64,000 bases of DNA from NCBI GenBank assembly GCA_046563655.1, contig CM102284.1, forward strand, positions 6,200,001 through 6,264,000, given 5' to 3'. Below the pieces are notes generated by a model. That model saw only the letters and a program-made list of their open reading frames with translations. It had not been told where the DNA came from and made no database searches. Within the stretch, counting starts at the first letter, position 1. Each line of letters begins with the position of its first letter. Shown here piece after piece: positions 1-12,962 of the stretch. Position numbers and translations under genes: made by a program. This DNA is from Yuukianura sp. NJ FZ-2021 (taxonomy: Eukaryota).

Positions 1-280
1 CGTTATAATTTTTCTACAGATTTTTAAAATTTTACTAATTTTTGCTACAACTTTTTAATTTCTTTTAAATGTATTTTTCTAGACAATTAAATTTTGATTT
101 TTGTTTATCAAAATCTTGCGTGCATTTTGATAATACAAAATGGACAGAAAGTAAACTGAAACTACGCAGTGATTAAGCTAGCATAAACGAAATGTAGAAA
201 ATATTTTAACGGAGCGGAATTTGAACTACTGACCTTTGACATTTTGATGCTGACACAGAAGGAACGCCGTCCGCAACACT

Positions 281-373
281 AGTATTTGTACTTGAGCAGT
301 ACTTGTACTTGAGCAGTACTTGTACTTGAGCAGTACTTGTACTTGAGCAGTACTTGTACTTGAGCAGTACTTG
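281..373. repeat. 17-bp tandem minisatellite (TTGAGCAGTACTTGTAC) x ~5
   Basis: Exact units start at 292, 309, 326 and 343, with a partial unit at 360 and a degenerate partial unit at 281-291. Read directly from the sequence. Confidence 0.95.
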
Positions 374-379
374 ACGCAC

Positions 380-1310
380 TGTTGTGCTTTCGATTGTTAA
401 TTGTTGGATCTCAGGCAGGATGTTCTTCCTCTGGATTCCAACTGACAATGGTCTCTGAGGAAGTACTGCTAATTACATTTTAACACACAAAGTCTCTATT
501 TTCTCTTCATCTTTCCACAAGTGAAGGGGCTCATGGTGCCCCCTTGTCCCTTGAACGATAAATTGCAGAATTGTAAGGATTGGTTTTTGATATGCACAGA
601 CATAAGGAGAGGATGAGATCCAAGGCACAGATTTAGTTCATTTTGGTTCTTAAGGGAGGAGACTAAAGGCATAGGAAAGTGAAAATGCGAAGGGATTTGT
701 CGTTTATTAAAAGGAAAAGTTCACATGACCCACTTAACTTCCGGTTTAGTCTCCTCAGTTACAGTTCAATGTCAAGGTAAGACGGCACGTAACAACAACA
801 TCTTCTAATCATTCAAACCACAGTACAAGTACTCCGAGTACTGCTGCAGCACATTCCTAATCTTAAGAAGAATCAATAGAAGGAGAAAGTAGCAACAACT
901 TTAATCACCATCTTCTCACTCACTTGCTGCTGCCGGTGATTGTTTAGATGAGCAAAATGTAAATTATGAAAGTGATTCTATTTTGATTGTTTACTTAAAT
1001 GAAGGTGTCCATTTGTCTGTCTTTGACGCAAGGTGACAACTGACAACAAACAATCAAAAGTATAACTTTTACCGCAAATTGACAATCCAAACCAGATTTT
1101 TATCAAAACAGTTAACCACAAACAGGCAAAGTCGGAACGATGAAGAAGTGAGATCTTCACTTACAGTAATAACAATTAAGATCAACTTTCGATTTCAAAA
1201 CCACATTGACAATAATCCACACGCGGCGATTTCGTTCACTTTCTATGAACAAGTTGAAGGAAAGTGAGATAATTGATTGAATTTAGAAAATTATTGTAAG
1301 GGTTCACTTT
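380..1310 (-). other. Possible 5' exons of a minus-strand gene running off the left edge
   Basis: Minus-strand splice pairs: AG|...|GTGAGT exon ~924-977 (NHFHNLHFAHLNNHRQQQ), CAG|...|GTGCGT exon ~380-454 (RPLSVGIQRKNILPEIQQLTIESTT), and a GTAAGT donor near 1160-1165. No start codon or homology recognised. Confidence 0.25.
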
Positions 1311-2177
1311 TCTTTAGAACTCGCGACAATCTTTAGTCGATTCTGCAATCAGTGATTACAATTTACAAATAATCGACTATTGAAAGACTTCGGCTGATAT
1401 TATAAAATATATATATATTATTATATTTTTAAATTATTGATTATATGAAGGCAAGAGTCATAAATTGATCACTGAATACATATTTGACCTTTGACACAAT
1501 GTAAGGTCATGTCGATAAGAAGGACATGACGCTAACGTTAGATATTTGGAGCGGGAGAAAGTTAGAAACTTTGATTTGAGTTTATTTTTAGAAATGACGT
1601 CATTTCTGTTGTGATGGCGAAACTTTAGATTCGCACATGGCAAAACGTGAGTTTTGCATTACAAATCACCCAATAAAGTGGCAAAACACAAGTTTTGCAT
1701 ACTGCAAAATCTAAACTTTTGTTGAAATTGCGATTTGGGTTTGGTATTTCGCCATTTTGCAATGACAAATGAAACAGATGTTTTTTATTTTGAAAGTCCG
1801 ATGTTTTGAGGATTTTTTAGTTGTTATGTGGATCATTAGTTTTGCATTTAAACTTTAGTTGTTTACTCATATTAGTGTTTTGTAGTTGTGAAAATTATTG
1901 ATTGAAGGCCAATGAATTGTGAATTAGCACTTCCACACTGCGCGTTGTTGACATTCGAGCTGCAGAAGGTGACGATGGTTGAATAGAGATTGTGTTAGGT
2001 AAACAAGCAAAAGATGTTCATGTGTAGAATATGTTTAAAAAATCAGCATAATTGATGCTTTTGATTGAAGTAAGCAGCGGTTTAATCCTTTGGTTTCTTA
2101 GCTCTGGGTGACGACGAAGGTGCTTTCTGGATCGTTCCTTCCGGATTTCTGGACTAGCGAGATTGGCATAATTCTAA

Positions 2178-5100
2178 ATGGAAGTATGCTGTGGACCGTT
2201 AAAGTTTAGTGGAAACTTTGATTCTGGGAATCTTGGAACAGTTGAGCTTGTAAAATCATGTGAAGATGGTGTACCAGGTAAATTAAATGGAGGATTAATG
2301 TTTGATCTTGTTCACACTTAAACTTACCAATTCATCTTGTCCATGTTTTAGAAGCATCACCTCTACATTTATATGGCACTGTAACACATTACGAAGTTAA
2401 TATTCGGTCAAGGCAAGATTGTGCTGGGACAAATTATGCAAACGGAAACAGGACATGGTTTTACTTTGGTATCAAAGGTAAGCAAATGCAATTCATCATG
2501 GAACATGGACTGTGTTATGGGTTGAAAGAAACGGACTGAAGTAACTTTGCTTTTAGGTGGGCAGTCGAATGCCGTGATCAAACTGAACATCCTCAACCTC
2601 AACAAACAAACTAAACTATTTGAGCAAGGAATGCAGCCAGTCATGTGTTGTATACCAGAAAAACCAAAATGGACTCGTATCAGAGACCGCGTAGTTATAC
2701 TCTGCGGCGACGGTATCAATGTCAAAGATCATAGCTGCGGAATAAGGTAACCTTGGAATCTCCTTGTTTAGGAAATACCTCAATAATCTTTGCAATTTTA
2801 GTTTTCGGGTTAAACTTCCGGTGGATACAAGGACATCAACTCTGTTTGTTGCCTTCACATATCCATTCTCCTATCACAATTTGACATCCTGGTTAAATGA
2901 AGTGGACAATGTTTACTCCGAATCATCTCCAACTCCACGTTCCGACTCACCACTCCTGGCAATTTCGGACGTATATTACAAACGAGAAACTGTTTGCCTT
3001 TCTCTGGAAGGGAGACCCGTCGATTTGCTAACGATTACGTCTACGGAGGGCTTGGTAGAACCTAAAATGTTTATAAAAAGTTTAGAACCACTTTACAATT
3101 TTTTTTTGTTCTGCAGGTTACGAAATCTCGGGAGCCGTATCTTGAAAACTTGTTTCCATACCGGGATCAACCACGGTGCTACAAATTTCTGAACAAAAAG
3201 ATTGTGTTCCTTTCTTCTCGTGTTCATCCTGGAGAAACTCCAGCTCAAGTAAACCTTTTTGTTTTGGACAAGATAAATAGCAGTTGTGGTAAAAATCAGC
3301 TTTGAATGTACTTTTTTTTCCCAGTTTGTCATGAATGGTGCAATAAAGTTTTTGTTAGAAGAGAAGGATCCTAGGGCTCGAATGCTTCGACGTCTCTTCG
3401 TATTCAAGCTAATACCAATGCTAAATCCGGATGGAGTGTTTCGGTAAGTACTGAATACTTTCTTAATTAGTTATTTCTATTTTAGTTCCAGCATTCCAGT
3501 TTCACATATTCGGATTTTTTCATATGTTTTTTTTTCAAGCGGGCACTACCGGACAGACCCCCGCGGTGTTAACCTAAACCGTGTCTACCTCCAGCCAAAT
3601 CCGACACTTCATCCCACAATTTACGCCGCAAGAAAGTTGATTCTCTATGCACATCTTGGTCACGACCAACCAGACGACTACGAATTCGAAAACGAAAATC
3701 AATCTGTTCCGGAAGAGCAAAAACCAGATCTGACAGATGAATCTATGAATTTCAATGAGTCTGCCACAGATGCTGAGAACAATAGACTTTGTGCTGGATG
3801 CATCGAGCTTTCCGAAAACAGCATTTTAGAATCCGAAATACGCGATATTCTTGCTCAGGAAGATGATGTACAACTGCTGAACAGCAAAGACACAGAAAAT
3901 ATCCCTGTGATTCCACATCATCATGAACCAATGAAGCACTCTTTGTTAGGAACAGGACTTCTGGATGAACATCTCTGCACTTTTGAATCATGTGATGAAG
4001 ACTCCGTTGTTGACCACAATGAGCTACGCAGGAATTCCAGTTCTGGAACGGAGTTTCGATCTCCCCAGAGCTTTCCTTCTTCTTCGTCAGCCTCGTCAGC
4101 TTCACTGGTCACTGCTCCTGTCCAACTAAAAGTTGGATCACCAGGGCTACATCCCTCTTCTCAAAGACTTGGAACCGACAGTACTTTTCTAAATCCACCA
4201 CCGGAAATTAAAGTCAAGGCTTCTGCTTCAACAAAACGGAAGAAAAGATCTCAACCCCTCCCGCCCCCTCCAGAAAAACCGCAGCCAGAAGTCGAGTCGG
4301 GACTTTACGCTTATGTAAGCAAGGTTAAATTCGGAACTTCTCAATTTATCGATTATCCATTTATTGTAATTGATTAACCTAGCTGAATTTTTAGATTGAT
4401 TTTCATGGTCACGCAACGAAAAGAGGTAAACCTTCTTTCAAAATCTGAGAATTGAAGATGAATTGGACGATTGAGATTGTCTTTTTTCCGTCATTTTAGG
4501 TATTTTCATTTATGGGAATCATTTCAATGATATTGCTGTCCAAACGGAATGCATGATACTTCCAAGACTCATGGCTCTCAACTGCCAACATTTCGATTTT
4601 TCGGCATGTAATTTTACTGAGAAGCTGATGACGATGCGGTAACGTTTTATATGAATTTTCTATGTGTTTAAAACATTTTACTATGTTTTTTTTTACTTCA
4701 GAGATCGTCGTGATGGTGCTAGTCGAGAAGGCTCTGGACGAGTCGCTGTGCTGAAATTGACAGGACTCGTGAAGAGCTACACGCTTGAATGCAATTACAA
4801 TACTGGACGGATGCTTAATCACCTAATTACAAGATCAGATTCTCATGGCTTCGTTGACCCTTTGCCAGTATCCATTCATCCGCCCAAGTATACTCCGGAG
4901 ATATTTGAAGCTGTAAGCATCTTTCTCAAAAGAATTTTAGCAGTAGCAACTGAAACATTGTAGAGCTTTGATTATTCTGTTCATTTTTATTTAGGTTGGA
5001 AAGAGCCTACTGGAAAGTGTTCTGGATTCGACGGATTTGAATCCATGGTACGAGATTATTATTATTTTTTTTTAATTTGTGCTCTTGGCAGTTTTGATTC

Positions 5101-5862
5101 TGTAACTTTTTTTGAATCTAGGTCACGGCTGAAATCTACCGAATTCCGGAACTTGGACGGGCTTCGATCGTTTTTGCGACGTCGACTCGAGCATTCAATT
5201 GAGTACCAATATCAGTCAACACCTTTTCGGACTGCCAATCCAGTTCCGAGCGGAACCAAGTCCACCCTGAATAGACCGCAGTCTCCTGGGAAATCGGCTT
5301 CACTCCGTGGAAAACCTTACAGTATTCCCAATTCACCTTCTCTTAAAAACCGAGCCGGTTCCAGTAAGGTACGACATCATGATTGTCACTGATTCTTGGG
5401 TTTACCTCCCTCCTTGTTTTTCAGATTTTCAAAATGAATCCATCCTCTCCACCATCCAGCAGCAGCGGACCACTGATACCAAAGAAGGACAATCAGACGC
5501 AAACATCCAGACCATTGACGTCGTCAGCAGGATCTCTCAAGTCGGGAATATCGAAGATGTCGAAAACGTTGGTGCACGAGAAGCCAACGTCGTCCTCATC
5601 GTTGGGGGCCCCTCTTGCCAAAGGGCCAAAAACCAGACTGCCCAAATCTAAATCTCTACCAGTGGTAGGTCCAGAGGAATCTACAACTTCTGGCCTAGTA
5701 CCCTCATCATCATCATCGACTGACAATCGAACCTCGGCAACTACTAAATTGCACAAACCGTCTACATCGACCAGCAGTACAACAACAAAGAAGAAAAAGA
5801 AAACAATCAAACGTAAAAGTAAGAAAGGAACGAAGACGCTTAAACGCCCTGAATCAAATTAA
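2178..5862 (+). CDS. AGBL5: Cytosolic carboxypeptidase 5 (ATP/GTP-binding protein-like 5; tubulin deglutamylase), 13 coding exons
   Basis: Exons 2178-2277, 2352-2477, 2557-2746, 2802-3054, 3117-3248, 3325-3443, 3540-4314, 4395-4425, 4500-4638, 4702-4912, 4995-5047, 5122-5368, 5425-5862, all GT-AG and phase-consistent. Motifs [93 protein letters not shown] and [11 protein letters not shown] match the CCP5 M14 subfamily. Confidence 0.95.
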
Positions 5863-6380
5863 ATTAAATCCCCAGTAAACGGTAATCTCACGTTTTAAAA
5901 GTAAGATTTTATTGAAGCTTTCTGTTCTATTTAATTAACAATACTTACGATTAGTTTGTCGCAATTTTGAATTCTAATAAGATTAAATTTACTCGTGTTT
6001 CACATCTTCTGAAAAAGTAAAAACAATAACCGTCTGTTATCTGTTATGTGGGCAAAAGCTAGTGTGTTTCTGAAGAAACGCATCCGTAACTTCTGGCAGA
6101 AATTTCAAACGCCAGCATCAGAAGGAATTTTTTTGAACGGGAAAAAAGATAAACATCGAAAAATTTTAACCACAAAGGAAACAGCGAGTTTAGTAAAAAG
6201 TTTTTCATCTTCGCATTTTTATTTCGTCTTCTAAATGGTATGCGTCTTGTCTAAGAAGTTAATTAATCCAGTTAACTGATTAGTTAAGAAGGTGTGTAAC
6301 GGGTCAACTCAGGTTACACTGAGGTCGAGCTTCACACCAGGGAAGTATCTTCAGTTTGATATTCACGCTAAACTAAACGA

Positions 6381-7828
6381 ATGGATTGGCCGTAAGTTAC
6401 AGAAATAATCGCTTGACTTGAACAGCTGTAGTACGGCAGTAATTACTTAGTAGTTAATTGGAGAATTTGTTCTTGGAACGTAATTTTTTGTTTCTTTATC
6501 TTTAGAGGAGAAGAAAGGCGTAAGCCGAATACACTGCAAATATGGGGAAGTGCTTCCACGATGAATCTGAACAATTTGATACTGACGAACATCCTGAATT
6601 CACCGTACACCAAAGGACATTTGGCAGAGCTCACAACGTTTCATCAAGTGGTGGATGAGATTTACTATAAGGTAAGTAAGAAAGTTACAAGAATGTTAAA
6701 TTAGAAGAATAATTTACTTTTTCATACTAATTAGGTGACACATTTGGAGCCATGGGAAAAAGGAAGTCGACGGACAGCTCTTGGCGGCATGTGCGGTATG
6801 GCGACACTGCTAACACTACAGTTTTGTGTTTTAAGAGGAAGTTGAACATTGACTCTTGGTCATTTTAGGAGGTGTCCGAGGAGTAGGTTCCGGAGGAATC
6901 ATTTCCACAGCATTCTGTCTACTTTACAAAATGTATTCGTTGAAGCTGACTCGGAAGCAAGTGAATGGACTTTTGAACCATACCGATAGCCCTTACATCC
7001 GAGGCATTGGGTTTATGTATGTAAGGTTAGTAGCCATTATGCTTTTCATTGTCTGGAATGCGCTGTCTTATTGTGTTGGATTACCAATTTGCAGATTCAC
7101 CCAAAATCCAAGCGAACTCTGGGACTGGTTTGAGCCCTACTTGAGTGATCCTGAGGTAAGCGGCGTTTGGTAAGATGTCAACTTCTGGTTTTTGCATTAA
7201 TTTAAATTCGTTGCAAATTCTTTACTATCTCATAAACCTTATCATGTCATTTTCGTCGATTCAGGAAGTAGATGTGAGAGCAGGGGGTGGTCAAGTTATC
7301 ACAATTGGAGAAATGGTCAGACTGTTTCTGACGAAACTGGACTGGTTCTCTTCACTCTTCCCCCGAATTCCAGTTCCGATTCAAGTAAGTTAAAAAACGT
7401 TTTCTAAACGCTTTTTCGTCATTGAGGTTCTACTGAATTCATCTATTTCTTAGATCGGAATCGACAAGAAGCTTGCAGCCCTCAAGCATGCAACGTCCAT
7501 CGAAGTGGCGTCCAAGAAAGCACCGGATGTCCCAGCTCCAGCTCCGAAATCTCGTTCCGATTACTCATCGTCCCGAGGAGAGTCTAGCAGCTCCTCCACT
7601 AGAGTAAGAAGGTCAAGATCCAGATCCAGCTCTCCGCCTACACGGGAACGAGACTCCAGACGAAATTCAACTTCTCCAGTACGATCAGGACAACGAAGAC
7701 GGCATGACGACTCGAGGGAACCCAGGGACCGTGATCGGTATCAACGGAACCGGTCAAGAAGCAGAAGCCGCAGTCCAAGGAACCGCCGCGATGACGACTA
7801 CCAGCGTCGTGAACGTAACTATCGCTAA
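6381..7828 (+). CDS. PRPF38B: Pre-mRNA splicing factor 38B
   Basis: Exons 6381-6391, 6506-6671, 6735-6795, 6869-7025, 7095-7155, 7265-7384, 7454-7828. PRP38 domain motifs (NTLQIWG..TMNLNNLILTNILNSPY, HLEPWEKGSR, GGVRGVGSGGIISTAFCLLYK, DSPYIRGIGFMYVR, LDWFSSLFPRIPVPIQ) followed by an RS/RD-rich tail. A probable 5'UTR exon donor lies at 6238. Confidence 0.93.
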
Positions 7829-8920
7829 AAATTAAGACACAGTTCAACTTCTCTTCTGCAGTCCATAGTGTGTATAAACTCAACAGAATTTTTCTTCAAA
7901 TATACATTCAATTTTGTGTAAGAAATTCGAGAAAAAGTTCTATTTTAATGAATTCTCTTCCTATTGCTGTTCGTTTTTAAAACGTTCGGTATCAATACAG
8001 TTTACACATCAGTACAAACACAGTACACTTTGGTCACTTAATTCATAATTTTGGCAACAATTTCTGGACTAAGCGGGAGGTCATAGGTCAACACAAGATG
8101 TGCTGCTATTACAAAACTCAAAGATGCTTTCTCTCCAGATTCTGCAGTTCTGATTAGGGTCAACACTCAACATTCTTATTGCATGTGCGTGCATGGATGG
8201 ATGCTGCGAATTACTTTTTAAGTTGATATTATTATTTTATGTTTTAAATTCATTATTTATTTTATGTTTTACATAGGGAGGTGAACAGAAGAGGGGCTTT
8301 CGATGGCAATTTTGTGAAGAAGGTGCAGGGGAAAGGGACTTGCGATGGAACAGAAATGTTTTTGTTCCAGATTTTGGCATGGAGAGTAGTAGGAAGGACC
8401 TTGTTCATTTCAGAAGAGTCCACTCAACGTACATTCACCACGTCTTCCCGTCTTCATCATTCAATTACTTTTTCCAATTTCTGTTTTTTGTCCACGAGAG
8501 GAAGATCTGTTTTAGATTCGAACAAGTCATAACAAATAGGAATTGTTATGGAGTGGGCGGAGGTCAGCGGATGAGTTCAAGGTCATCTCTAAACTGGACC
8601 ATGCTGGAGGAACATAAACAAGGAGTCCTCCAACTACGGCTATTCATTTGGTAATTATTATTCACATTTCAAATACTATAAATTTCCTACTCGTTGAAAA
8701 AACTTAACCTTATTACTCCTGTTGTGTCTCTCGCCGCCTTAAAAATGGTCTTTTGACCGAGTTTGAATTTATAAATCACAGATTCAGACTCTGCTGCTGT
8801 TGACCCTGGGACGTGGCATTTGTGACCTTGCCCTGCGTACTCAACGACTTCTCAGTAGCTCACGCTCTTCTGCAGCTCAAAATAATACAGTTAGTTCCGC
8901 AAAACTGAAACATCACAATA

Positions 8921-11908
8921 ATGGTAAGTAGTAAGTACTAAACTTATTTTTAGTACTAATTTTTAAGATTTGTCAAATCTATTTTTGGTGGCAAGGGCAA
9001 AGTGTAATGGTTGTTCCGTTGTTCGCGTTTTTCACTTAATTTGTAGTGAAAAGTTAATAATTTATTCGGACGAGTTGAAAATTACATGCATGCAAGGTTG
9101 AAATACAGAAGTTGTAGAAAAATAATTTCATCCTTCGACACCGCAGAAATAATTTAGTATTTGAACACGAGGCTTCCTTGAAGGAAGCCTCATGTTCAAA
9201 TACTAAATTCTTTCTGCGGTGTCGAAGGATGAATTTTTTTTCTATTTCAACCTTGGATGCGTGTAATTTTCAACTCGGCCGAATAAATTATCAAAATTTC
9301 TGTTATGCTGTTTTTAGAACGGTCATCGAAAAGAAGCCGGAGGGAACAATTCCATTGTACTAAAGCTTAGTCAAGAAGACGTCCGTGGGACAGACGAAGT
9401 GACCGACGCCATCACAAAACTCCAGCAGAACGGGGTCAACTGCATCTTCTTTACTACGAAAAAGGAGCTGCTCAATTTTAACAACAATCATAATCATACT
9501 GCAGATCTTCTGAAGAACAAGAGGATGCGTCGCGGAAGGGCGGAGCAAGCGAACTTAAATGATCTCCTAGACTATGAGCCAGATATCAAGTCAATTAATG
9601 CCTCATCATTGACCATCCAGCACAACAATCACAATTGCCTTGTTAGTCCACTACAGCTACAAACAACTGAAAAACGGAAACGGGGACGAAGAAAAGGAGT
9701 CAAAAATAAGAAACGGAATCCCAATACAGTGCGAAATCGGAAACGCAAGAAAGTAAATGGACTCAAGAAGTTTTTCGAAGAAACTGACCCGGACATTCCT
9801 TCTCTTCAAAAAGCTGAACCTCCATCGTCAGACTTGGGAGATGACCAAATCCACCATGACTATTTGACAAACGGTTTCTTCACGCCTCCGCCGCGTCTTT
9901 CGCCACAGTGCTCTGATGATGAACTTTGTCGAACCAGACTGTCATTACCATGTCAACGACTAGAGTTCGGAAAGATGGAAGATGAGGATGGGACGAAACT
10001 GGGATCTCTATTATCTGGATCACAAATTCCTGAATTAACGTCCCCCATTGGAACCGGGCGTCCGGAAGTTGACGACGAAGCGACAATGCAGATAGTGGGC
10101 CAAACACTGGACGACATGATAACGAAGATTCAGTTGACTGAATCCACTTGCCTTGGAGAAAGTGACCAATTAGTAGCTGATACTTCTCACCTATCCAATG
10201 CTGATCAATGTTTAGTAATAGGTACCAATCAATTACTTTCACTTTAGCCGTTAATTCTTTGTCTAAAATTGTTAATTGATTTTCGGTTTAATTTTTTTTT
10301 AGCAGAAACTAGTAAGCCGAATCGAAACACTACCGAAGCTGGAACTGGAAAAGAAAAGAAACCAACTGCTGAGCATTGCAATTGTAAGTTATTATTAATT
10401 TTGTGTTATCCTTTTAGGATTTCAGTTGTTTTCATTAAATTATCTTAATTTTGCGTTTCATTTTAGTGTCAGATGATACGGGACTGTCTGGAACTCCAGC
10501 GTATAATCTACGTCACTCGACCCCTGATAGTTCCTTCTACTCTTTAGTCACGAACAATGTTCGCTACAATTTAGAAAACTACTTGGACGGAAAAATTGAC
10601 CTTTCCGCAAAGAAGCTCAAAAGCGTCAAAGGGAAGAAACGTCTGAAGAAGAAGCACTCCAAAAATGGCTATTTACTCAACCATGGTGATAATTATCCGC
10701 ATGATCCCGAATTATCATACAAGCTCAATCTTACTACTCAAATTCTCCTCAAGTTGAATCAGCGACGATTTGCCAGACCTAAACCGAAAACGGACAAGCG
10801 CAAGTCCATGTTGGCCGCCTTGGATTTAGTTTCAAAGCGGCCCGTTAGGACTGGAAAGGCTGCAAAGGTAAGTAAATACTAATTGTGTCCCGTTTTTTGA
10901 ACAATCTAATCAGTACTTTATTAGTAACTAATCGTGACTCCTGTTTCCTTTTTAGACGGAAGAAGTGAAGCAAGAGCCATCGGAGCCTGAAGAAGAACGA
11001 TCGTTGTTCAGTGGCGAATGGACGTTAGAAAACAAATACGTTTGTGGAATCTGTAGACACCAAGAGACCGATTTCTGGGACATGGTGACTCACAAAGGAG
11101 AAGAACATTCTGGAGTGCTCGTAACGCATGTTGAATTGCCAGTGAATCAAGATGTGCCACGAACACTTATCAGGGAGACGGCGCAAACGTCGTCAGTCGT
11201 CGCTGTTGGACGAAACAATGTGGATTCGAAAGCAGCAATTCCGGGCTGTACCAAGTGCTCTGCTAAGTTCAGGTGACTGATTAACGCATAATTTTAAATT
11301 CCACTTTGAAACTTCAACTGAACTTTTGTCTTTTTGTTTTCAGCACAATTCCTGAACTTCATCGTCACATTTTTGAGTGTTCGGGAAACACTGATTGGCT
11401 CAAGGAACAATCGGCTACGAAGAAAGCCACCAAAACTAAACGCAGACGCCGCCAGGGCTTCAAACGACGTCTCTCTAATAACACGCCCAAGAAGAACGCT
11501 AATGGAAATGCTACGACTACTACAGCCTCAAGTTCAACAAAACCAGACGTAAGATGTCAATTATTCTCGATTGATTTATGAACAATTTGTTTGGTTTTGT
11601 TGTTTTTAATTCAAAATTTCGATTTTCAGACTCCAGCTAAACGGAAAGGTGTTGTAGGTTCTGGAAGTACAACTAATTTATACAAATGCAAATTCTGCAT
11701 AAGACATTTCAAGACTGAAGGGTGGTTGAAGAACCATCAGGCGACACATACGCTCCTCGTATCAATTCCATTCACTAAATTACCAAAACGAACTCCTGCC
11801 CTATTTGCACTGCCGGAAATATCCTCTGTCGCTACACGAAGAGGCACTTCGTCTAGTACTTGGTCTCTTCGACGGTACCCTACGAGAGCAGTTGTCGCTG
11901 CTCAGTAA
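8921..11908 (+). CDS. C2H2 zinc-finger protein, family not recognised (basic NLS-like tracts, 3 dispersed fingers)
   Basis: ATG|GTAAGT at 8921-8929 splices in phase to a large exon from 9318 (ORF 9399-10247). Further exons lie within ORFs 10451-10882, 10965-11276, 11306-11581 and 11591-11908. Fingers: CGIC..H....H, CTKC..H...C and CKFC..H...H. Confidence 0.75.
9057..9291. mobile_element. Palindromic (fold-back) MITE-like element in intron 1 of the zinc-finger gene
   Basis: The left arm ATAATTTATTCGGACGAGTTGAAAATTAC...GAGGCTTCCTT is the reverse complement of the right arm AAGGAAGCCTC...GTAATTTTCAACTCGGCCGAATAAATTAT. The centre is a single G at 9180, with scattered mismatches and one indel. 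Confidence 0.8.
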
Positions 11909-12962
11909 AAGTCCAGGACACTGTTAAATGGACGACAGCGGTAGTTATCACGTATCCTCAACGTCAACTGCTTCTCGTTCTCAACGGATGTTTACTTAAA
12001 ATCGTAGTAATTTAGCATGTTTCCACTAAATTGAGTTCCCTTTTTGTTATCATTGATTGAGTTACATAAGCGTAGTTAGTGTTTGAGAAAGCTCAGGATT
12101 TAATGGTTAAGTTTTAGTTTCTTTTGAAAGCACAATGGTTGTCTAAGTCAAGGTCCCTCTCTATTCATTTCATTGCTTATTTTGGCGAAGCGAAAATGAA
12201 AGTGGGAAAACATTTGTGTTCATTAATTTACGATGATACGATTTAAATTTAACTGTTAGATCAAATTAGGTTTCTAGTTTTTCTAATTTTAGTATACACA
12301 CGGTATAGTATTCACCGTTATTTAACAAAATGTCTAGTTAATTCAACGAAGGGTATCTCCTGTAAATTCAAAGCTCGAAATATGTAACCATAAGCGAGCT
12401 GTACGTTTCTTCGTGCCTGATTTTCACACACAGTTTCGCTGTTGTAATTAATCGGTTTCAATTAATTGACTGTACACATGTCCAGAGAAATAATAACGCA
12501 CTATGAACTGTCTCGCGTCTCGGTACGCATCTTCTAAAAATCCATAAAATATTTTTAGTGTTTGTATCGTCTGCGTTCCATTTCATGTTAGGTAAACAAC
12601 ATCCTACTTTAGATTAATCGTAATTTGGAAGTAATTGATGAAGTCACAAGATTTGTGAGGTCAGAAGGTCATGTGAAACTAGAGGTATTTCATAGTAATG
12701 TCGTGTTGGTTGGTATTATTGTTATGTTGGCATTTGGCCCTGACCAAATTGTGAGTGAGAGAGGGAGTGTGACGTCATTCCTGTAGACGTGTCTCTCCCC
12801 CTCTTCAATTCATTTCAATGAAAGTGAAAATTGCTCTTTCCCTGTCTTCTTTTTGTATTGTCACTCGTAGTTTGACGTTAGAACACGTCTAATTGTGAAC
12901 TCTACTGTTAAATCTAGTTAATTCGCACTTCGTCCGACACTAATCACAACACTTTTGGTACA

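Noticed and set aside
281-373. Repeat array as possible CRISPR
   Set aside because: The units are contiguous with no unique spacers, the context is eukaryotic, and there are no cas genes.
2747-2771. Apparent 25-nt micro-intron in AGBL5
   Set aside because: The acceptor at 2801 gives a normal 55-nt intron in the same phase and a better match to homologs (GISF vs VLSF).
8320-8350. GKGTCDG as a transposase-like motif
   Set aside because: It is only seven residues in a short ORF with no flanking similarity.
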